NCBI GenBank assembly: GCA_964016885.1
Contig: OZ024742.1
Location: forward strand, 148,242,001 to 148,306,000
DNA: 64,000 bases
Direction of reading: 5' to 3'
Origin: Eledone cirrhosa
Taxonomy: Eukaryota
Positions within the stretch are counted from its first letter, which is position 1. Each line of letters begins with the position of its first letter. Position numbers and translations under genes: made by a program. Positions 40,783 through 57,700 of this stretch are shown in pieces. A model generated the notes under the pieces. The model was not told where the DNA came from, searched no databases, and saw only the letters and a program-made list of their open reading frames with translations.

Positions 40783-41386
40783 TAATTTGACTTGATTTTC
40801 GCCAACAAACCACGTGTGGACATGGACGGGAAAAAAAGGGAAAAAAACAAACAAAACAAATCACTACATCCCTTAGGGATCGCAGTACGTACTCCACAAA
40901 ACATATAAACAACAATATACACACATACTTATATACAGATACATACCATATGCATATACACACACGTGAAAAGAAACCACACTATTTCGTGTGAGACACT
41001 ATACCGGCCAATTTTACCAATTTACATTGGTAAAATATTTCTTTACGTTGACCTCGCTTCTAACCCACATACACCTTTTAATTATATATATATATACTAG
41101 CAGCTGAAAGTTAATAATTTGAAAAAAAAATATATATTATTGAAAGTTTACTATAAAGAAGCAGTATCAGGGAAAAAAAACAAAACAAAAAAAAACCTTA
41201 TTTCGCTGTTAATAAACAACTGCCTTCTACAGTACGTTTCATTTAACTTACGCAGCATATTTATTTGTTTACATGTAATGTAATTCAGACTCTTCTGTAC
41301 ACACACAACATTTAGGAAAACGGAAACAAAATACACAAACAAACAGACATTTTATTTCTATCGTAATCGAGTGCGCTAAACCTATA

Positions 41387-42796
41387 TTGTTTACATTCTG
41401 TGTTTTTCTACGGATGGGTAGAAATAACAAAATTGCCATGGTGATATCCATCGATGAAATATGCGACAAAACCGGCCGATGTCCCAAAATAGAACATTGC
41501 CCAGAAAAGCACATCTGCCATATCTGTGCGGAACCCGAAAACTCGTTCCGTAATCGCTGGGTCGAATGTGGAACCTGTCGCATCTCTGTCTGCCTTCAAT
41601 GCGCCACAGGCTTCCGGAGGATCCCAGGCCCAAAAAAGAGACATCATAATGCTATGATGGATGGAATATGGGAGATGGTCCAGCTAAAATCCTGGTCCTT
41701 TCAGTGTCTGGCCTGTGTGCCTGCCTCCACTAATGTTATTAATGTTATTGAAAAACAACAACAACAACAACAACAAAAACCAATGACTGTGTCTTCCTCT
41801 ACCATTGTTACTGAACAACGGCAAAAACCTATGACACTGGCTTCTACTGTTATTCCTGTGGGAGAACATCAGAAACAACAACAACCCATGTCTTCCACTC
41901 CCAGTACATCTCGACACCAACAACTGGTGACTGTGTCTTCCCCTACCATTCCCGTGGAGGAACATCATCATCACCAACAACAACAACAGCAACAACCTGC
42001 GACTGTGTCCTCCCCTGCCATTCCCGTGGAGGAACATCATCATCACCAACAACAACAACAACAGCAACAACCTGCGACTGTGTCCTCCCCTGCCATTCCC
42101 GTGGAGGAACATCATCATCACCAACAACGACAGCAGCAGCAGCAACAACAACAACAACAACAACCGACCAGTACAGATTTTGCGGAACTGCAACTAATGA
42201 TTTCTGCTCTGAGAAGGGAAGTTGCAGGAATAGAGGCAAGCATTCGGGTAGGACCCCACAATGAGGGGTCTTATCGGAATGCCTTGCTAAAGAATCTCCC
42301 TGTACCTCTTGCTGAAAAGACTGAAAAGACTGCGGAATCTGCTACCCATGAAGTGATTGCCATTGGGGTACCAGAGGACAAGGCTGATCTTCAGGCATTT
42401 GCTGCTAGCTCAGCCAAAGACCTAGGCTGTGTTCCCCCAAAGGGTGCCCTCCGCCTTGGTCGACTTGGTCCAAAACCCAGACTCATCAGGCTGTCTTTCT
42501 CGGACCCCGCAGAGGCAACCTCATATCATCTGGCCTCTGCTAAAGCTGGGCGTGAAAATCGGATTACCTTCCGAACACGCCCAGGCCTACCACCCCATGT
42601 ACGTCCAAAACTACGTGCTGCAGCTTCCTTGAATCGGAACTCAGCACAAGATGAAAGTTTCAGTCTGCGTGATGATGGGCAGATCTGGAGGTTTGTCAAG
42701 GCTGGTGAAACGTGGAAGAGAGATACCAGCTGGTCTGAGTGTGATCTACCCACAATAACTGGCGATGTAAAAACTGCTACAACTCTGGGAAACTAA
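41387..42796 (+). CDS. CR1-type ORF1 with N-terminal PHD-like finger and Q/H-rich repeats (ATG probably at 41413)
   Basis: 'CHIC..WVECGTC..CLQC..WSFQCLAC' and 'ALRLGRLGPKPRLIRLSF'. Uninterrupted frame. Confidence 0.8.
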   Translation: MFTFCVFLRMGRNNKIAMVISIDEICDKTGRCPKIEHCPEKHICHICAEPENSFRNRWVECGTCRISVCLQCATGFRRIPGPKKRHHNAMMDGIWEMVQLKSWSFQCLACVPASTNVINVIEKQQQQQQQKPMTVSSSTIVTEQRQKPMTLASTVIPVGEHQKQQQPMSSTPSTSRHQQLVTVSSPTIPVEEHHHHQQQQQQQPATVSSPAIPVEEHHHHQQQQQQQQPATVSSPAIPVEEHHHHQQRQQQQQQQQQQQPTSTDFAELQLMISALRREVAGIEASIRVGPHNEGSYRNALLKNLPVPLAEKTEKTAESATHEVIAIGVPEDKADLQAFAASSAKDLGCVPPKGALRLGRLGPKPRLIRLSFSDPAEATSYHLASAKAGRENRITFRTRPGLPPHVRPKLRAAASLNRNSAQDESFSLRDDGQIWRFVKAGETWKRDTSWSECDLPTITGDVKTATTLGN

Positions 42797-42852
42797 ACCA
42801 GAACAACCTGCCACCCTCTACACACCATCATAAACTGCGAGCAGGGTACAAA

Positions 42853-45610
42853 TTGTTGTCCTTAAATGCTCGCAGTTTATGCAACAAGATACATCTGTTC
42901 GAATCCTACGTCAGAAGCATCGACCCTGACTTCATCACAGTCACGGAAACATGGGCACATTCCTTACTCTGTGATGGGGTTTTCACCATTACTGGGTACA
43001 ACCTTTTCCGCAAGGACCGCATTAACCGCCGTGGTGGTGGTGTGATGGTCTACGTTCGTTCAAACTTTTCGGTAATTCCTTGCGTTGATTTGAACGAATC
43101 ACAGGAAGAAGTTTTTTCTGTGACATACGTATGACCATGTCAACACTTCTGCTTGGTGTTGTTTATCGCCCCCCAAACTACCATCAGGACACACAGCTTT
43201 GCGATATCCTAAGAGTTGCTGCCAAGAAAACAGCCACTTATGTGTTTATTGCAGGTGACTTCAATCATCCTGAGATCGATTGGGAAACCTTTCGTTGGCC
43301 ACAGGGTGCAAACGATTTCCTTGAACTAGTGCTGGACTCAAACTGGTCACAAGTAGTCACCTCTCCAACAAGAGGTGACAACACTTTGGACCTGATATTC
43401 ACCACTACTCCTGAAGTGGTTATCAGTTGTACTACTGAGGAACCTCTAGGCGACTCTGATCATGCTATGATCATTGCCAATCTGGCACTTGAGGGCAGCA
43501 ACAAAAACCAGAGCCATCTCCAATCTGCTTGCTTTGATTGGAAGAGGGCGGATTGGAACTTGTACTGCACTGAGCTACAGCGCCCAAACTGGCATGAGAT
43601 GTATAACTCTGGAGATGTGAACTCTATACTCCAGAGCATCCTGGACTCAATATGGATAGCGTGTGCAGCATCAGTGCCACGGAAGCGGAAAAATAACCAC
43701 CCCAAAAGTGCAATCTGGGAAACTTCAGCGGTCCGACTTGCCAGGAAAGAACGTCGGAACGCTGAACGGGAATATAAACTGCATAGATCAGATGCCAACA
43801 GAAAAAAGCGGAATAAATCTTCTAACCATCTCAAGCAAGTGACAAAGAAGGCAGTGCTTGAATTTGAACAGTGCATCGCAACCAATCCTGACAGTAAGGT
43901 GTTCTGGAAATATGTTCATTCAAAGCAGAGACCTCACTCTCCAGTTGGTCCTCTTCGCAATCCCCACACAAGCCAGATCACTGACGATCCCAAGGAATGC
44001 GCAGAACTCATTGCTGAGTGCTATGCAAGTATTTTTACGGTTGAAAACCAGAATGTACCATCTCCACCATCTCTAACATCAAATTCCATAACAACTATGG
44101 AATTTACACCTGCAATGTTGCGACGTCACCTTAAGAATAAGCGCAACTATGCCTCCCCTGGTCTTGATGGTGTGACATACCTGCTTCTCAAACGTGGCGG
44201 GGATTTCCTTTTGCGCCAGCTTTCTTTTTTCTTTCAATACTGTCTCAGCAATGGTGCTACTCCGGAGCAGTGGAAAACTGCCAGTGTCATTCCCCTGTTC
44301 AAAAAGGGCAACCGCATGTCACCTGTCAACTATCGTCCAGTCAGTCTTACTAGCTGTATGGCCAAACTGATGGAATCCTGTGTCAGAGAAACACTTTGGA
44401 ACTTCTGGAGCTCTCACAGCCTCATCCGGCCGTCACAGTTTGGATTTATCCCTAACTCCAGCTGCTGTGATCAGCTTATCGAGTTCCTTGAGGACATCAC
44501 CCGGATCACTGACAGCGGCTCATGGGTGGATGTTGTTTACCTTGACTTTGCTAAGGCTTTTAATTCTGTGCCACACAAAAGACGTATGGCAAAACTCTCT
44601 GCAATGGGTGTGAGGGATGATCTTTTCGACTGGCTGAAATCCTTCATTCTCAGCCGAAAGGAAGTAGTCACGGTTCTAGGACAGCATTCTTCACCATATG
44701 AGATGTCATCTGGTGTACCACAGGGATCTGTTCTTGGTCCTCTTTTGTTTGTGGCATATATTAATGACATAGATGCCAACTTACAGAATGCCACGGTACT
44801 AAAATATGCAGATGACATCAAGCTGTACCTTGAAATCAAAAGGACTGATCCTGAAATTTACAACTCTTTCCTACAGTCAGACCTGGACACAATGCAGCAA
44901 TGGATCACAGACTGGCAACTGAAGCTGGCTGTGGACAAGTGTACCACCATGCATTTTGGAAGGAAAAATCCAGCGTCCACATACTCCCTCCACAACACTG
45001 ACATCAAAAAGTCCTCTTGTGAACGTGACCTGGGCATTACTGTCAGCAACGTTGGACAAAGCATGTCTCTAAGATTGTCAAGAAGGCCGAGGGTGTCTTG
45101 GCATCACTCAGCAAGACCTTTGTTAGCCGCTCTCCAGCCATCTATTTAAAACTGTATACAGCTATGGTGCGACCACACTTGGAATTCGCATCATCAGTCT
45201 GGAACCCCTATCTTGCTCGGAACATTGACCTCCTGGAAACTGTTCAGAGACGTGCAACCAAGCGCATACCCTCCATCAGACACCTACCATACTCTGAACG
45301 CCTTGCTTCCCTGGGCATGGATTCATTAAAGCTCCGACGTCTGGCAATGGACTTGGTGAATACCCACAAAGTTTTTAACCATCTCGCCAACTGCAACCCT
45401 GAGCGCCTCTTTGATCTCCATGTGTCTAACACACGTGGACATGCCTACAAGATAAGAAAACAGCACAGCTCCCATGACTTTCGCAGACATTTTTTCACGC
45501 TCAGAGTTGCTGAAGCATGGAACAAACTGCCTGCGTCAATTGTTAGCTGCCGAGACACTGCATCCTTTAAGACACTCATGCTTCCCGAAATACGCCAAAA
45601 CTACACGTTA
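42853..45610 (+). pseudogene. CR1-type ORF2 (APE + RT) with frameshifts at ~43125 and ~45050
   Basis: 'LNARSL, VTETW, YRPP, AGDFN, SDHAM, YLDFAKAF, SGVPQGSVLGPLLF, YADD, RPHLEF, FFTLRVAEAWNKLP'. Confidence 0.92.
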
Positions 45611-45770
45611 TGTACCCCTTCCATACACATGCACACATGTGTGTATCATGACTCGTGCACTGTTCATTTTACTGATGTTTGTGCATTGCCCTATGTACTG
45701 TACATGCACTTTTTTGATGAGTTGTGGTGCACCTGGGCACTGTACACAATATTTCATTATTGTTATTATT

Positions 45771-48700
45771 ATAACAACCATTACCACCTCCGCAATCATT
45801 ACTACTGCAACGATTACCAACACCATAACAACCATTACCACCTCCGCAAACATTACTACTACAAACATTGCCACCACCATAACAACCATTACCACCACCA
45901 TAACAACCATTACCACCTCAGCAATCATTACTACTACAAACATTGCTACCACCATAACAACCATTACCACCACCATAACAACCATTACCACTTCCGCAAT
46001 CATTACTACTACAACCATTCCCACCACCATAACAACCTTTACCACCTCCGCAATCATTACTACTATAACAATTTCTACCACCATAACAACCATTACCACC
46101 ACCATAACAACCATTATCACGTCCGCAATCGTTACTATAACAACCATTACCACCACCATAACAACCATAACTACCACCGCAATCATTATTACTACAACCA
46201 TTACCACCACCATAACAACCATTACTACCACCGCAAATATTACTACTACAACCATTACCACCACCGCAATCATTAATACGACAACCATTACCACCCCCAT
46301 AACAACCATTACCACCACCATAACAACAATTACCACCTCCGCAATCATTACTACTATAACCATTACCACGACCATAACAACCATTACCACCTCCGCAATC
46401 ATTACTACTACAACCATTCCTACCACCATAACAACCATTACCACCTCCGCAATCGTTACTATAACAACCATTACCACCTCCGCAATCATTACTACTACAA
46501 CCATTACCACCACCATAACAACCATTACCACCTCCGCAATCATTACTACTACAACCATTACCACCACCATAACAACCATTACCACCTCCGCAATCATTAA
46601 TACTACAACCATTACCACAACCATAACAACCATTACCACCACCGCAATCATTACTACTACAACCTTTAATACCACCATAACAACCATTACCACCATAACA
46701 ACCATTACCACCACCATAACAACCATTACCACCTCCGCAATCATTACTACTACAACCATTACCACCACCATAACAACCATTACCACCTCCGCAATCATTA
46801 TTACATTAACCATTACCACCACCATAACAACCATTACCACCTCCGCAATCATTACTACTTCCACCATTACCACCTCCGCAATCATTACTACAACAACCAT
46901 TACAACCTCCGCAGTCATTACTACAACAACCATTACCACCCCCGCAGTCATTACTAACACAACCATTACCACCACCATAACAACCATTACTACCACCGCA
47001 ATCATTACTACTACAACGATTACCACCACCATAACAACCATCGCCACCTCCGCAATCATTACTACTACAACCATTACAACCACCATAACAACCATTACCA
47101 CCACCAAAACAACCATTACCAACTTCGCAATCAATACTACTACAACTATTACTACCACCATAACAACCATTACCACCACCATAACAACCATTACCACCTC
47201 CGCAATCATTACTACTTCAACCATTACCACCTCCGCAATCATTACTACTACAACCATTACCACCACCATAACAACCATTACCACCCCCGCAATCATTACT
47301 ACTTCAACCATTACCACCACCATAACAACCATTACCACCTCGGCAATCATTACTACTACAATAATTACCACCACCATAAAAACCATTACCACCTCCGCAA
47401 CCATTACTACTACAACCATTACCACCACCATAACAACCATTACCACCACCGCAATCATTACTACTACAAACATTACCACCACCATAACAACCATTACCAC
47501 CTCCGCAATCGTTACTACTACAACCATTACCACCACCATAACAACCATTACCACCTCCGCAAACATTACTACTACAACCATTAACACCACCATAACAACC
47601 ATTACCACCTCCGCAATCATTACTACTACAAACATTAACACCACCGCAATCATTACTACTACAACCATTACCACCACCATAACAACCATTACCACCTCCG
47701 CAACCATTACTACTACAATAATTACCACCACCATAACAAGCATTAGCACCTCCGAAATCATTACTACTACAACCATTACCACCACCATAACAACCATTAC
47801 CACCACCGCAATCATTACTACTACAACCATTACCACCACCATAACAACCATTACCACCTCCGCAATCATTATTACAACAACCATTACCACCACCATAACA
47901 ACCATTGCCACCCCCTCAATCATTACTACTTCAAACATTACCACCTCCGCAATCATTACTACTACAACCATTACCACCACCATAACAACCATTACCACCA
48001 CCGCAATCATCACTACTACAAACATTACCACCACCGCAATCATTACTACTACAACCATTACCACCACCATAACAACCATTACCACCTCCGCAACCATTAC
48101 TACTACAAACATTACCACTACCATAAAAACCATTACCACCTCCGCAGTCATTACTACTACAACCATTACCACCACCATAACAACCATTACCACCTCCGCA
48201 ACCATTACTACTACAAACATTACCACTACCATAAAAACCATTACCACCTCCGTAACCATTACTACTACAACGATTACCACCACCATAACAACATTACCAC
48301 CTCCGCAGTCATTACTACTACAAACATTACCACCACCGCAATCATTACTACTACAACCATTACCACTACCATAACAACCATTACCACCACCGCAATCATT
48401 ACTACTACAACCATTACCACCACCATAACAACCATTGCCACCTCCGCAATCTTTACTACTACAACCATTACCACCACCATAACAAACATTACCACCACCA
48501 TAACAACCATTACCACCACCGCAATCATTACTACTACAACCATTACCACCACCATAACAAACATTACCACCTCCGCAATCATTACTACTACAACCATTAC
48601 CACCACCACAACAGCCATTACCACCACCGCAATCATTACTACTACAACCATTAACACCACCATAACAACCATTACCACCTCCGCAATCATTACTACTACA

Positions 48701-51700
48701 ACCATTACCACCACCATAACAACCATTACCACCTCCGCAATCATTACTACTACAACCATTACCACCACCATAACAACCATTACCACCTCCGCAATCATTA
48801 CTACTACAATCATTACCACCACCGCAATCATTACTACTACAACCATTACCACCACCATAACAACCATTACCACCTCCGCAGTCATTACTAATACAACGAT
48901 TACCACCACCATAACAACATTACCACCTCCGCAATCATTACTGCTACAACCATTACTACCACCATAACAACCATTACCACCACCATAACAACCATTACCA
49001 CATCCGCAATCATTACTACAACAAACATTACCACCACCGCAATCATTACTACTACAACCATTACCACCACATAACAACCATTACCACCTCCGCAATCATT
49101 ACTACTACAACCATTAACACCACCATAACAACCATTACCACATCCGCAATCATTACTACAACAAGCATTAGCACCACCATAACAACCATTACCACCTCCG
49201 CAATCATTAGTACTACAACCATTACCACCACCATAACAACCATTACCACATCCGCAATCATTACTACTACAACCATTACCACCACCATAACAACCATTAA
49301 CACATCCGCAATCATTACTACTACAACCATTACCACCACCATAACAACCATTACCACCTCCGCAATCATTACTACTACAACCATTACCACCACCATAACA
49401 ACCATTACCACCTCCGCAATCATTACTACTACAACCATTACCACCACCATAACAACCATTAACACATCCGCAATCATTACTACTACAACCATTACCACCA
49501 CCATAACAACCATTACCACCTCCGCAATCATTACTACTACAACCATTACCACTACCATAACAACCATTACCACCTCCGCAATCATTATTACAACAACCAT
49601 TACCACCACCATAACAACCATTACCACCTCCGCAATCATTACTACTACAAACATTACCACCACCGCAATCATTACTACTACAACCATTACCACCACCATA
49701 ACAACCATTACCACCTCCGCAACCATTACTACTACAAACATTACCACTACCATAACAACCATTACCACCTCCGCAGTCATTACTACTACAACGATTACCA
49801 CCACCATAACAACCATTACCACCACCGCAATCATTACTACTACAACCATTACCACCACCATAACAACCATTGCCACCTCCGCAATCTTTACTACTACAAC
49901 CATTACCACCACCATACCAACCATTACCACCACCACAACAGCCATTACCACCACCATAAAAACCATTACCACCACCATAACAACCATTACCACCTCCGCA
50001 ATCATTACTACTACAACCATTACCACCACCATAACAACCATTACCACCTCCGCAATCCTTACTACTACAACCATTACCATCACCATAACAACCATTACCA
50101 CCTCCGCAATCATTACTACTACAACCATTACCACCACCATAACAACCATTGCCACCACCATAACAACCATTACCACCTCCGCAATCATTACTACTACAAC
50201 CATTACCATCACCATAACAACCATTACCACCTACGCAATCATTACTACTACAACCATTACCACCACCATAACAACCATTACCACCTCCGCAATCATTACT
50301 ACTACAAACATTACCATCACCATAACAACCAATACCACCTCCGCAATCATTACTACTACAACCATTACCACCACCATAACAACCATTACCACTTCCGGAA
50401 TCATTACTACTACAACCATTACCATCACCATAACAACCATTACCACCTCCGCAATCATTACTACTACAACCATTACCACCACCATAACAACCATTACCAC
50501 CTCCGCAATCATTACTACTACAACCATTACCATCACCATAACAACCATTACCACCTCCGCAATCATTACTACTACAACCATTACCACCACCATAACAACC
50601 ATTACCACCTCCGCAATCATTACTACTACAACCATTACCATCACCATAACAACCATTACCACCTCCGCAATCATTACTACTACAACCATTACCACCACCA
50701 TAACAACCATTACCACTTCCGCAATCATTACTACTACAACCATTACCATCACCATAACAACCATTACCACTTCCGCAATCATTACTACTACAACCATTAC
50801 CACCACCATAACAACCATTACCACCTCCGCAATCATTACTACTACAACCATTACCACCACCATAACAATCATTGCCACCACCATAACAACCATTACCACC
50901 TCCGCAATCATTACTACTACAACCATTACCACCACGATAACAACCATTACCACCACCATAACAACCATTACCACCTCCGCAATCATTACTACTACAACCA
51001 TTACCATCACCATAACAACCATTACCACCTCCGCAGTCATTACTACTACAACGATTACCACCACCATAACAACCATTACCACCACCGCAATCATTACTAC
51101 TACAACCATTACCACCACCATAACAACCATTGCCACCTCCGCAATCATTACTACTACAACCATTACCACCACCATAAAAACCATTACCACCTCCGCAATC
51201 ATTACTACTTCAACCATTACCACCCCCGCAATCATTACTACTTCAACCATTACCACCACCATAACAACCAATACCACCTCCGCAATCATTATTACAACAA
51301 CCATTACCACCACCATAACAACCATTACCACCTCCGCAATCATTACTACTACAACCATTACCACCACCATAACAACCATTAACACCTCCGCAATCATTAC
51401 TACTACAACCATTACCATCACCATAACAACCATTACCACTTCCGCAATCATTACTACTTCAACCATTACCACCACCATAACAACCAATACCACCTCCGCA
51501 ATCATTATTACAACAACCATTACCACCACCATAACAACCATTACCACCTCCGCAATCATTACTACTACAACCATTACCACCACCATAACAACCATTAACA
51601 CCTCCGCAATCATTACTACTACAACCATTACCACCACCATAAAAACCATTACCACCTCCGCAATCATTACTACTTCAACCATTACCACCCCCGCAATCAT

Positions 51701-54700
51701 TACTACTTCAACCATTACCACCACCATAACAACCAATACCACCTCCGCAATCATTATTACAACAACCATTACCACCACCATAACAACCATTACCACCTCC
51801 GCAATCATTACTACTACAACCATTACCACCACCATAACAACCATTAACACCTCCGCAATCATTACTACTACAACCATTACCATCACCATAACAACCATTA
51901 CCACCTCCGCAATCATTACTACTACAACCATTACCACCACCATAACAACCATTACCACCTCTGCAATCATTACTACTACAACCATTACCACCACCATAAC
52001 AACCATTACCACCTCCGCAATCATTACTACTACAACCATTACCACCACCATAACAACCATTACCACCTCCGCAATCAATACTACTACAACCATTACCACC
52101 ATCATAACAACCATTACCACCTCCGCAATCATTACTACCACAACCATTACCACCACCATAACAACCATTACCACCTCCGCAATCATTACTATTACAACCA
52201 TTACCATCACCATAACAACCATTACCACCACCGCAATCATCACTACTACAAACATTACCACCACCGCAATCATTACTACTACAACCATTACCACCACCAT
52301 AACAACCATTACCACCTCCGCAACCATTACTACTACAACCATTACCACCACCATAACAACCATTACCACCTCCGCAATCATTACTACTACAACCATTACC
52401 ATCACCATAACAACCATTACCACCTCCGCAATCATTACTACTACAACCATTACCACCACCATAACAACCATTACCACTTCCGCAATCATTACTACTACAA
52501 CCATTACCATCACCATAACAACCATTACCACCTCCGCAATCATTATTACTACAACCATTACCACCACCATAACAACCATTACCACCTCCGCAATCATTAC
52601 TACTACAACCATTACCACCACGATAACAACCATTGCCACCACCATAACAACCATTACCACCTCCGCAATCATTACTACTACAACCATTACCATCACCATA
52701 ACAACCATTACCACCTCCGCAATCATTACTACTACAACCATTACCACCACCATAACAACCATTACCACCTCCGCAATCATTACTACTACAACCATTACCA
52801 TCACCATAACAACCATTACCACCTCCGCAATCATTACTACTACAACCATTACCACCACCATAACAACCATTGCCACCACCATAACAACTATTACCACCTC
52901 CGCAATCATTACTACTACAACCATTACCACCACCATAACAACCATTACCACCTCCGCAACCATTACTACTACAACGATTACCACCACCATAACAACCATT
53001 ACCACCACCGCAATCATTACTACTACAACCATTACCACCACCATAACAACCATTGCCACCTCCGCAATCATTACTACTACAACCATTACCACCACCATAA
53101 CAACCATTACCACCTCCGCAATCATTACTACTACAACCATTACCATCACCATAACAACCATTACCACCTCCGCATTCATTACTACTACAACCATTACCAC
53201 CACCATAACAGCCATTACCACCTCCGCATTCATTACTACTACAAACATTACCACCACCGCAATCTTTACTACTACAACCATTACCACAACCATAACAACC
53301 ATTACCACCACCGCAATCCTCACTACTACAAACATTACCACCACCGCAATCATTACTACTACAACCATTACCACCACCATAACAACCATTACCACCTCCG
53401 CAACCATTACTACTACAACCATTACCACCACCATAACAACCATTACCACCTCCGCAATCAATACTACTACAATCATTACCACCACCATAACAAACATTAC
53501 CACCTCCGCAACCATTACTACTACAACCATTACCACCACCATAACAACCATTACCACCTCCGCAATCAATACTACTACAATCATTACCACTACCATAACA
53601 ACCATTATCACCGCCGCAATCATTACTACTACAACGATTACCACCACCATAACAACCATTACCACCACCGCAATCATTACTACTACAACCATTACCACCA
53701 CCATAACAAACATTACCACCACCATAACAACCATTGCCACCTCCGCAATCTTTACTACTACAACCATTACCACCACCATACCAACTATTACCACCACCAC
53801 AACAGCCTTTACCACCTCCGCAATCATTACTACTACATCCATTACCACAATCATAACAACCATTACCACCTCCGCAATAATTATTACAACAACCATTACC
53901 AACACCATAACAACCATTACCATCTCCGCAATCATTACTACTTCAACCATTACCACCTCCGCAACCATTACTACTACAACCATTACCACCACCATAACAA
54001 CCATTAACACCTCCGCAATCATTACTACTACAAACATTACCACCACCGCAATCATTACTACTACAACCATTACCACCACCATAACAACCATTACCACCTC
54101 CGCAATCATTACTACTACAACCATTACCACCACCATTAAAACCATTACCACCTCCTCAACCATTACCACTACCATAACAACCATTACCACCTCCTCAACC
54201 ATTACTACTACAACCATTACCACTACCATAACAACCATTACCACTACCATAACAACCATTACCACCTCCGCAATCATTACTACTACAACCATTACCACCA
54301 CCATAAAAACCATTACCACCTCCTCAACCATTATTACTACAACCATTACCACTACCATAACAACCATTACCACCTCCGCAATCATTACTACTACAACCAT
54401 TACCACCACCATAACAACCATTACCACTTCCGCAATCATTACTACTACAACCATTACCATCACCATAACAACCATTACCACCTCCGCAATCATTACTACT
54501 ACAACCATTACCACCACCATAACAACCATTACCACCTCCGCAATCATTACTACTACAACCATTACCATCACCATAACAACCATTACCACCTCCGCAATCA
54601 TTACTACTACAACCATTACCACCACCATAACAACCATTACCACTTCCGCAATCATTACTACTACAACCATTACCACCACCATAACAACCATTACCACCTC

Positions 54701-57700
54701 CGCAATCATTACTACTACAACCATTACCATCACCATAACAACCATTACCACCTCCGCAATCATTACTACTACAACCATTACCACCACCATAACAACCATT
54801 ACCACTTCCGCAATCATTACTACTACAACCATTACCACCACCATAACAACCATTACCACCTCCGCAATCATTACTACTACAACCATTACCATCACCATAA
54901 CAACCATTACCACCTCCGCAATCATTACTACTACAACCATTACCATCACCATAACAACCATTACCACTTCCGCAATCATTACTACTACAACCATTACCAT
55001 CACCATAACAACCATTACCACCACCATAACAACCATTACCACCTCCGCAATCATTACTACTACAACCATTACCACCACCATAACAACCATTACCACTTCC
55101 GCAATCATTACTACTACAACCATTACCACCACCATAACAACCATTACCACCTCCGCAATCATTACTACTACAACCATTACCACCACGATAACAACCATTG
55201 CCACCACCATAACAACCATTACCACCTCCGCAATCATTACTACTACAACCATTACCACCACCATAACAACCATTACCACCTCCGCAATCATTACTACTAC
55301 AACCATTACCATCACCATAACAACCATTACCACCTCCGCAATCATTACTACTACAACCATTACCACCACCATAACAATCATTGCCACCACCATAACAACC
55401 ATTACCACCTCCGCAATCATTACTACTACAACCATTACCACCACCATAACAATCATTGCCACCACCATAACAACCATTACCACCACCGCAATCATTACTA
55501 CTACAACCATTACCACCACCATAACAACCATTACCACCTCCGCAACCATTACTACTACAACCATTACCACCACCATAACAACCATTACCACCTCCGCAAT
55601 CATTACTACTACAACCATTACCATCACCATAACAACCATTACCACCTCCGCAATCATTACTACTACAACCATTACCACCACCATAACAACCATTACCACT
55701 TCCGCAATCATTACTACTACAACCATTACCATCACCATAACAACCATTACCACCTCCGCAATCATTATTACTACAACCATTACCACCACCATAACAACCA
55801 TTACCACCTCCGCAATCATTACTACTACAACCATTAGCACCACGATAACAACCATTGCCACCACCATAACAACCATTACCACCTCCGCAATCATTACTAC
55901 TACAACCATTACCATCACCATAACAACCATTACCACCTCCGCAATCATTACTACTACAACCATTACCACCACCATAACAACCATTACCACCTCCGCAATC
56001 ATTACTACTACAACCATTACCATCACCATAACAACCATTACCACCTCCGCAATCATTACTACTACAACCATTACCACCACCATAACAACCATTACCACCT
56101 CCGCAATCATTACTACTACAACCATTACCAGCACCATAACAACCATTACCACCTCCGCAACCATTACTACTACAACGATTACCACCACCATAACAACCAT
56201 TACCACCACCGCAATCATTACTACTACAACCATTACCACCACCATAACAACCATTGCCACCTCCGCAATCATTACTACTACAACCATTACCACCACCATA
56301 ACAACCATTACCACCTCCGCAATCATTACTACTACAACCATTACCATCACCATAACAACCATTACCACCTCCGCAATCATTACTACTACAACCATTACCA
56401 CCACCATAACAACCATTACCACCTCTGCAATCATTACTACTACAACCATTACCACCACCATAACAACCATTACCACCTCCGCAATCATTACTACTACAAC
56501 CATTACCACCACCATAACAACCATTACCACCTCCGCAATCAATACTACTACAACCATTACCACCACCATAACAACCATTACCACCTCCGCAATCATTACT
56601 ACCACAACCATTACCACCACCATAACAACCATTACCACTTCCGCAATCATTACTATTACAACCATTACCATCACCATAACAACCATTACCACCACCGCAA
56701 TCATCACTACTACAAACATTACCACCACCGCAATCATTACTACTACAACCATTACCACCACCATAACAACCATTACCACCTCCGCAACCATTACTACTAC
56801 AACCATTACCACCACCATAACAACCATTACCACCTCCGCAATCATTACTACTACAACCATTACCATCACCATAACAACCATTACCACCTCCGCAATCATT
56901 ACTACTACAACCATTACCACCACCATAACAACCATTACCACTTCCGCAATCATTACTACTACAACCATTACCATCACCATAACAACCATTACCACCTCCG
57001 CAATCATTATTACTACAACCATTACCACCACCATAACAACCATTACCACCTCCGCAATCATTACTACTACAACCATTAGCACCACGATAACAACCATTGC
57101 CACCACCATAACAACCATTACCACCTCCGCAATCATTACTACTACAACCATTACCATCACCATAACAACCATTACCACCTCCGCAATCATTACTACTACA
57201 ACCATTACCACCACCATAACAACCATTACCACCTCCGCAATCATTACTACTACAACCATTACCATCACCATAACAACCATTACCACCTCCGCAATCATTA
57301 CTACTACAACCATTACCACCACCATAACAACCATTACCACCTCCGCAATCATTACTACTACAACCATTACCACCACCATAACAACCATTACCACCTCCGC
57401 AACCATTACTACTACAACGATTACCACCACCATAACAACCATTACCACCACCGCAATCATTACTACTACAACCATTACCACCACCATAACAACCATTGCC
57501 ACCTCCGCAATCATTACTACTACAACCATTACCACCACCATAACAACCATTACCACCTCCGCAATCATTACTACTACAACCATTACCATCACCATAACAA
57601 CCATTATCACCTCCGCATTCATTACTACTACAACCATTACCACCACCATAACAGCCATTACCACCTCCGCATTCATTACTACTACAAACATTACCACCAC

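Larger units (their letters stand above)
40783..45770 (+). mobile_element. Full-length (~5 kb) CR1-type LINE inserted in the minisatellite
   Basis: 5' UTR, PHD-finger ORF1, APE-RT ORF2, 3' UTR and (ATT)n tail. The array resumes in register on both sides. Confidence 0.93.

Noticed and set aside
39298-40854. 518-aa Gly/Cys-rich keratin-associated-like protein
   Set aside because: Its N-terminus is antisense LINE 5' UTR, and the same frame has stops elsewhere in the array. Kept only as an open question in findings.
45098-48374. LINE-repeat fusion ORFs (45098-46276, 45474-48374)
   Set aside because: Read-through from a mutated LINE end into the stop-poor array.
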